Assembly (NCBI GenBank): GCA_018657475.1
Contig: JABHXC010000021.1
Location: 1 to 47,256, forward strand
Source: Candidatus Woesearchaeota archaeon
GTDB taxonomy: Archaea; Nanobdellota; Nanobdellia; Woesearchaeales; GW2011-AR9
Reading direction: 5' to 3'
DNA length: 47,256 nt
Numbering within the stretch: position 1 is the first letter of the stretch; each line of letters begins with the position of its first letter. The notes beneath the pieces are model-generated. The model searched no databases, was not told the DNA's origin, and saw nothing but the letters and a program-made list of their open reading frames with translations. The translations under genes and the position numbers were made by a program. This document shows positions 42,855-47,256 of this stretch, one piece after another.

Positions 42855-43017
42855 GTAAAATCACCTCTATTATCATTAGAAATATATTTCTAGTTTATAA
42901 GTTTATACTTCAAACGTATGTATTTAGTTAGCTTTGCCAATGGAGCCACATAATGGCATATAAAATTAAAACTAGTCATTATCCAAGTGGTGTGCAAGCT
43001 TAACTAAATACGTGCAT

Positions 43018-43794
43018 TCAAACTCTTGACAAAACTTTTATCCAGTCTTTTCTATATTTTTTAATGAACACATAAATTCCTACTATGATCATTAACAAAC
43101 TGAACCATTGTCCAAGACTTAAACCTGCATAAAGTGTATCTTCTCTGTAAAAATCTACGATGAATCTTCCAACTCCTTCCCAGAAAATAAAGTTCCAGAA
43201 AATAAAACCTGGGGCATATTTCGTTCTTAATGTTAACCATAATAACCAACCAGCTACTAAAAATCTTTTTAATGCTGCATATAATGTTGAAGGATGTCTA
43301 CATTCATCAAATCCTGGGAACACTACGCAAATTGAACTGTTTGTAACTCGTCCAACTAATTCTCCGTTAATAAAATTAGCAACTCTTCCCAAAGCTAATG
43401 CAAACATTGTAGGAAATGATAACATATCTGCCAATTTTAAGAAAGATATTTTTTTCTTTTTACTATAATAATATCCTGCAGTAATAATTCCTACTAATCC
43501 CCCATGGAAACTCATTCCCCCTTGCCAAATTTTTAGTAGGTTTAACGGATTTTTAAGATAAATTTGTGGTTCCCAGAAGATCATAAACAATCTGGCCCCA
43601 ATTATTACTCCTAACAACAAATAGAATGCTAAATCCCAAATTTCATCTTTTTTTAATGGGAATTTACCTTTTTTCCTTAAATAATTTAGCCACCAAACCG
43701 CAATAAAGAATCCTAAAACGTAAGCTATCCCATACCACCTAATTTCTAACGGGCCTAAATGAACCAAAGTTGGGTCAATATTGTGTATCCACAT
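43018..43794 (-). CDS. lgt: prolipoprotein diacylglyceryl transferase
   Basis: Diagnostic blocks: IRWYGIAYVLGF, WQGGMSFHGGLVG, GRVANFINGELVGR, RHPSTLY. Length 258 aa. Confidence 0.9.
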   Translation of the reverse strand: MWIHNIDPTLVHLGPLEIRWYGIAYVLGFFIAVWWLNYLRKKGKFPLKKDEIWDLAFYLLLGVIIGARLFMIFWEPQIYLKNPLNLLKIWQGGMSFHGGLVGIITAGYYYSKKKKISFLKLADMLSFPTMFALALGRVANFINGELVGRVTNSSICVVFPGFDECRHPSTLYAALKRFLVAGWLLWLTLRTKYAPGFIFWNFIFWEGVGRFIVDFYREDTLYAGLSLGQWFSLLMIIVGIYVFIKKYRKDWIKVLSRV

Positions 43795-43951
43795 GTAGTT
43801 CCTCTTGATTAATCTAATATAAACTCTTCTATTTTAAATCTACTATATATTGATTTATTATTTCTATATGTTGTTTTAGATCTTTTAAAGAAATAAAAAC
43901 GTTTATAAATAGTTGATTTATACTTATAGTAGATTTAAAGAGGCCTCAATA

Positions 43952-44212
43952 GTGTACTTTGTAGAGAAAATCCAGGCGCAAGGAGAGCGTCAGAGAAAAA
44001 TACCCCTGCTGAAAAGGTTCTGGGACGAGTTCCCCCTAGACAGTTATGTAAGGGTAGAGTTAATAGAGAATTCTTCAGTTTATTTTGTTGATTTTGTGCT
44101 TAAACAAGGGTCTTTACAAAGAAAAATCCCTGTCCCGCAGAAGTTCTGGAAAGAATTTTCTGTCGGCGCAATGGTAAAAGTTTCGTTAGTTAAGCGAGGT
44201 GATGAACGATGA
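43952..44212 (+). CDS. small internally duplicated protein (2 x ~40 aa), AbrB/SpoVT-like swapped-hairpin candidate
   Basis: Repeat 1 is VYFVEKIQAQGERQRKIPLLKRFWDEFPLDSYVRVELIE; repeat 2 is VYFVDFVLKQGSLQRKIPVPQKFWKEFSVGAMVKVSLVK. The track start (TTG at 43913) abuts the TATA-like box GTTTATAAAT (43901-10), so the GTG at 43952, which follows AGAGG, is preferred. Its stop overlaps the next ATG (ATGA). Confidence 0.4.
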   Translation: MYFVEKIQAQGERQRKIPLLKRFWDEFPLDSYVRVELIENSSVYFVDFVLKQGSLQRKIPVPQKFWKEFSVGAMVKVSLVKRGDER

Positions 44213-47200
44213 AATCATCACGTTCTAAAATCACCTGGCAAGAACGGCAAGAAATGGTAGAGTTAGAGTTAGCTAAATTGCAAGAGATTGAACAAAAATC
44301 TGAACCTGTAATTGAAAGACCTGTAAAAACTGTTCATGTTGTTAACCGTAAACCAATTCGAGAAAATACTGGTGTAAAAATTGTTACAGGATTGTTAGTA
44401 GTTCTTGCAGTATTATTTGTCTTTTCTATTCATAGCCTTGGTTCTCATTCTACCACCCCCGGTACCGGGGACCAAGGTTTTTTTAGTTTTTTCAATGGTG
44501 GAATTACCGGCGCAGTAGTTGGTGATAATGTAACTGTAAATGCTACTGAAGAAATCATTTTGAATGAGTCTGTTGATGAATTTACACCAGAAGAAATTTC
44601 TATCCCTGAAGAAGTTGTTGAAGAGAATGAAACTATTGTTGATAACACTACTATTGAACTTCCAACAAATGAAACTGTAGAAGAAAATATCACTGCACCT
44701 GAAAACTTTACTATTGGACTTCCAACAAATGAAACAGAAAACGTAACTATTTCTTTACCAGAAGTAAATGAAACTATTGAAGAGATAACTCTACCTGTAG
44801 AAAATGAAACAATAACTGAGAATGTTACTGAAATTCCTGTTGAGGCCCCTTCAGAATCAGAACTTCCAGAAGAAGTAAGTGAACCAGAAACACCAGTAGA
44901 AGAAGTTGTTGAAGCACCAATAGTTGAAGAACCAACTCCTGAAGTTAATGATCCAGAAACACCTGTGGAAGAAGTTGTCGAAGATCCAGTAGAAGAAGTT
45001 ATTGAAGTCCCAGTAACCGATCCTATTGTAGAAGAACCAATTATCGAAGAGAACGTTACTGAAGAACTTCCTGTAGAAAATGTAACTCCTCCAGAAGTTG
45101 AAGAGAACGTAACAGAAGAATTCATTGGACCGATTCAACTTCCTGTAGAAGAAGAACCTGTTGTAGAACCAACTCCACAAGATCCAGTAGAAAATGTAAC
45201 ACAGGACCCAGAATTCATTGGCCCTCTTCCATTACCAGTAGAAGAGTCAATTATTGAAGAGAACGTAACTGAAATCGTTAATGAAACAATTGAAGAACCT
45301 CTAATTGAACAATCATTTGGTTTCGCAGAAGAAATATCTCCATTTGCCGGACCTGACTTAACATCTGTAGTATTAAATTCAAGTTCACTTGGAAATTCTA
45401 CTAATGAAAATTTAACTGTAACTACAGATCAAGATGATAATGCTTCTGTTAAGTTAATTTACAATTGGAAGAAGGATAGCAATTCTATTACAGTGTTAAA
45501 TATGCCATTTGAAAATAACACTGCTGATCCTGCTTCTACAACAAAAGATTATTCTGGAAATAGTAATAATGGAACTATTAATAGTGCAACTTGGAACTCA
45601 ACTGGTGGTTATGATGGTTTTGGTGCATATGAGTTTAATACTGATGATCTTATCAATTTGAGTACTTTTGCACCAAGTATTTCTCCAGAAGATAATGATT
45701 GGGCAATATCACTATGGACAAAGACAACCATGACTGGTACAGGACAACTGTTTTCAAGCAGTAATAGTATAGCTTCTTTAACTGATTGGGTTCAATTTGA
45801 TATAGGGGTAAGCGTTGCAGGTCAACTTAGATTACAAGTTGATGATGGAACTGACCCAATTACTTCTTTAACTTACAATGGTATTAATGATGGTAATTGG
45901 CATCATGTTTTTGTAACAAGAGATGCTTCTCTTAATAATTGGAGTTTATATGTTGATGGTTCATTTCAAACAAGTGATACAAATACCGATTCTTCTGTTG
46001 ACGCTGATGTTGTTGCTTCGATAGGTAATCTGATAATTTTAAATCCTAATATTAGGTTTTTTAACGGTACGATTGATGATGTTCAAATTTTTAATAGAAC
46101 CTTATCTCCTGAACAAATCTCAGCTTTATACAATAATCGTACAGATTTAATAGTTTCTCAAGAAACTTCTGCTGGAGATGTTTGGCAGGTAGACGTAACT
46201 GCTAATGATGGTACTGGAGATTCTGCAGTTGCTTCTTCTGGTAATTTGACTGTTCTTTCTAATGGAAAGCCGGTTGTTAGTAATGTTGTTTTGAATGCTA
46301 CAAATATAAATAACAATACTAACCAAAACTTAACCACTTATTGGGATGTTAGTGATGCTGATGGAGATAATGTAAAGAACATCACCAATTGGTATCTAAA
46401 CAGCACTTCAATCACTGTGTTAAACATGCCATTTGAAGAGAACGGTTCTGCTTCAACAAAAGCACATGATTACTCCTCATTGAATAATTATGGCTCAGTT
46501 ACAGGGGCAACATTCAATCCAACAGGTGGTTACGACGGATTTGGTGCTTATGACTTTGATGATAATAATGATTATATTTTATTAACACAAAGTATATCCG
46601 ATCAACTTGAGAAAAAGTCAGATGGGTGGACAATCACTACCTGGCTATATGCTACTACAACGTCAGATACAGATTATTTCTTTAACGCTAGGTCAGCAGC
46701 TAACACAGACGAAATTAGATTAGCAATCACTCCTACAGTAATAGCACTAACTTATGATGATGACACATTTGGTGCAAGTAATTGCTTAATGTATGGGAGT
46801 TACACTAATGCATGGCACCATATAACTATGAAAATCAATAGCACCGATTTAAGTTGTTATGTTGATGGCGCATTAATTAATACCACTGACGTATCAGGAA
46901 GTGCAAACTTAGTTAGTTTAGGTGTAGCAACATTAGGGGAAAGATGGAACTTGGGTGGACACAGAGCAGCAGCAAGTGCTGACTACTATGATGGTTATAT
47001 TGATGACTTAATGATTTGGAACAAAACTTTATCAGACGAACAAATACTAAACATTTACAATAACCAATCATATCTATTAGATTCAAACGAAACTTCAGTA
47101 GGTGATGTCTGGTCAGCAACCATAACACCAAATGATGGTACAGAAGATGGAACAACTGTAACTTCAAATAATGTTACAATAGCAGCTGCTAACACTGCAC

Positions 47201-47256
47201 CTTCCGTAACAACTCCTACTATTACTCCAACTACTGCTTATACTAATAACACTCTA
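44209..47256 (+). CDS. giant surface protein (5' partial view; runs off the window): N-terminal cytoplasmic segment, TM anchor, sequon-rich acidic stalk, repeated Ig-like + LamG (Laminin_G_3) modules
   Basis: Absent from the ORF track because no stop is reached. Every stretch hand-translated in frame 1 from the ATG at 44209 (about 44209-45300 and spot checks at 45301-45660, 46021-46140 and 47221-47256) was free of stops. TM segment VKIVTGLLVVLAVLFVFSI and stalk repeats such as EENVTEE and PETPVEEVVE. Two LamG-type modules end in FFNGTIDDVQIFNRTLSPEQISALYNNR and YYDGYIDDLMIWNKTLSDEQILNIYNNQ. Confidence 0.8.
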   Translation, partial: MKSSRSKITWQERQEMVELELAKLQEIEQKSEPVIERPVKTVHVVNRKPIRENTGVKIVTGLLVVLAVLFVFSIHSLGSHSTTPGTGDQGFFSFFNGGITGAVVGDNVTVNATEEIILNESVDEFTPEEISIPEEVVEENETIVDNTTIELPTNETVEENITAPENFTIGLPTNETENVTISLPEVNETIEEITLPVENETITENVTEIPVEAPSESELPEEVSEPETPVEEVVEAPIVEEPTPEVNDPETPVEEVVEDPVEEVIEVPVTDPIVEEPIIEENVTEELPVENVTPPEVEENVTEEFIGPIQLPVEEEPVVEPTPQDPVENVTQDPEFIGPLPLPVEESIIEENVTEIVNETIEEPLIEQSFGFAEEISPFAGPDLTSVVLNSSSLGNSTNENLTVTTDQDDNASVKLIYNWKKDSNSITVLNMPFENNTADPASTTKDYSGNSNNGTINSATWNSTGGYDGFGAYEFNTDDLINLSTFAPSISPEDNDWAISLWTKTTMTGTGQLFSSSNSIASLTDWVQFDIGVSVAGQLRLQVDDGTDPITSLTYNGINDGNWHHVFVTRDASLNNWSLYVDGSFQTSDTNTDSSVDADVVASIGNLIILNPNIRFFNGTIDDVQIFNRTLSPEQISALYNNRTDLIVSQETSAGDVWQVDVTANDGTGDSAVASSGNLTVLSNGKPVVSNVVLNATNINNNTNQNLTTYWDVSDADGDNVKNITNWYLNSTSITVLNMPFEENGSASTKAHDYSSLNNYGSVTGATFNPTGGYDGFGAYDFDDNNDYILLTQSISDQLEKKSDGWTITTWLYATTTSDTDYFFNARSAANTDEIRLAITPTVIALTYDDDTFGASNCLMYGSYTNAWHHITMKINSTDLSCYVDGALINTTDVSGSANLVSLGVATLGERWNLGGHRAAASADYYDGYIDDLMIWNKTLSDEQILNIYNNQSYLLDSNETSVGDVWSATITPNDGTEDGTTVTSNNVTIAAANTAPSVTTPTITPTTAYTNNTL

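Noticed and set aside
44445-47167. Minus-strand track ORFs 44445..45125, 44857..45180 and 46913..47167, including a Ser/Thr/Gly-rich 226-aa ORF
   Set aside because: They are antisense shadows of the plus-strand frame read from 44209 to the window end. That frame encodes recognisable TM, stalk and LamG modules.
1-47256. CRISPR arrays, rRNA genes, IS elements/transposases, integrases and recoded stop codons
   Set aside because: No regularly spaced direct repeats were seen, nor any rRNA-like GC-rich structured regions or transposase/recombinase motifs (DDE, or the R..H..R..Y series). All recognisable genes terminate normally with standard stops.

Overview
AT-rich, very gene-dense window that reads as an archaeal chromosome segment, probably from a small-genome DPANN-like lineage (inference). 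It carries archaeal/eukaryal-type translation genes: aIF5B, aIF2-alpha, aEF-1beta, L44e, S27e, Nop10, ABCE1, archaeal-type TrpRS, Trm1 and RtcA. There are three tRNA genes, two of them interrupted, and TATA-like boxes sit about 25-35 nt upstream of many starts. No rRNA, CRISPR array or recognisable transposase/integrase was seen. Several well-supported genes are missing from the ORF track: S27e, Nop10, two Zn-ribbon genes, several small toxin-antitoxin-like ORFs, and an open-ended surface-protein gene of over 1000 codons at the 3' edge. Main points of interest: (1) A free-standing LAGLIDADG homing-endonuclease cassette sits at the 5' end of the essential ABCE1 gene. A displaced, diverged relic of the ABCE1 N-terminus and a second gene relic form a scar upstream of it. 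Two further LAGLIDADG-like ORFs lie next to aIF5B and tRNA-Asn. (2) All three tRNA genes have selfish-type genes abutting or overlapping their 3' ends. (3) A 27-bp structured repeat with a 17-bp exact core occurs in inverted orientation at both ends of a 9.8-kb block. That block holds a compositionally distinct cluster of very acidic surface proteins, one with a Gram-negative OMP-like beta-barrel C-terminus. (4) One protein has a divergent RelA/SpoT-like nucleotidyltransferase domain. (5) Bacterial-type lipoprotein maturation genes (lgt, lspA) occur together with a lipobox substrate. All functional calls come from motif recognition by eye; no database search was possible.
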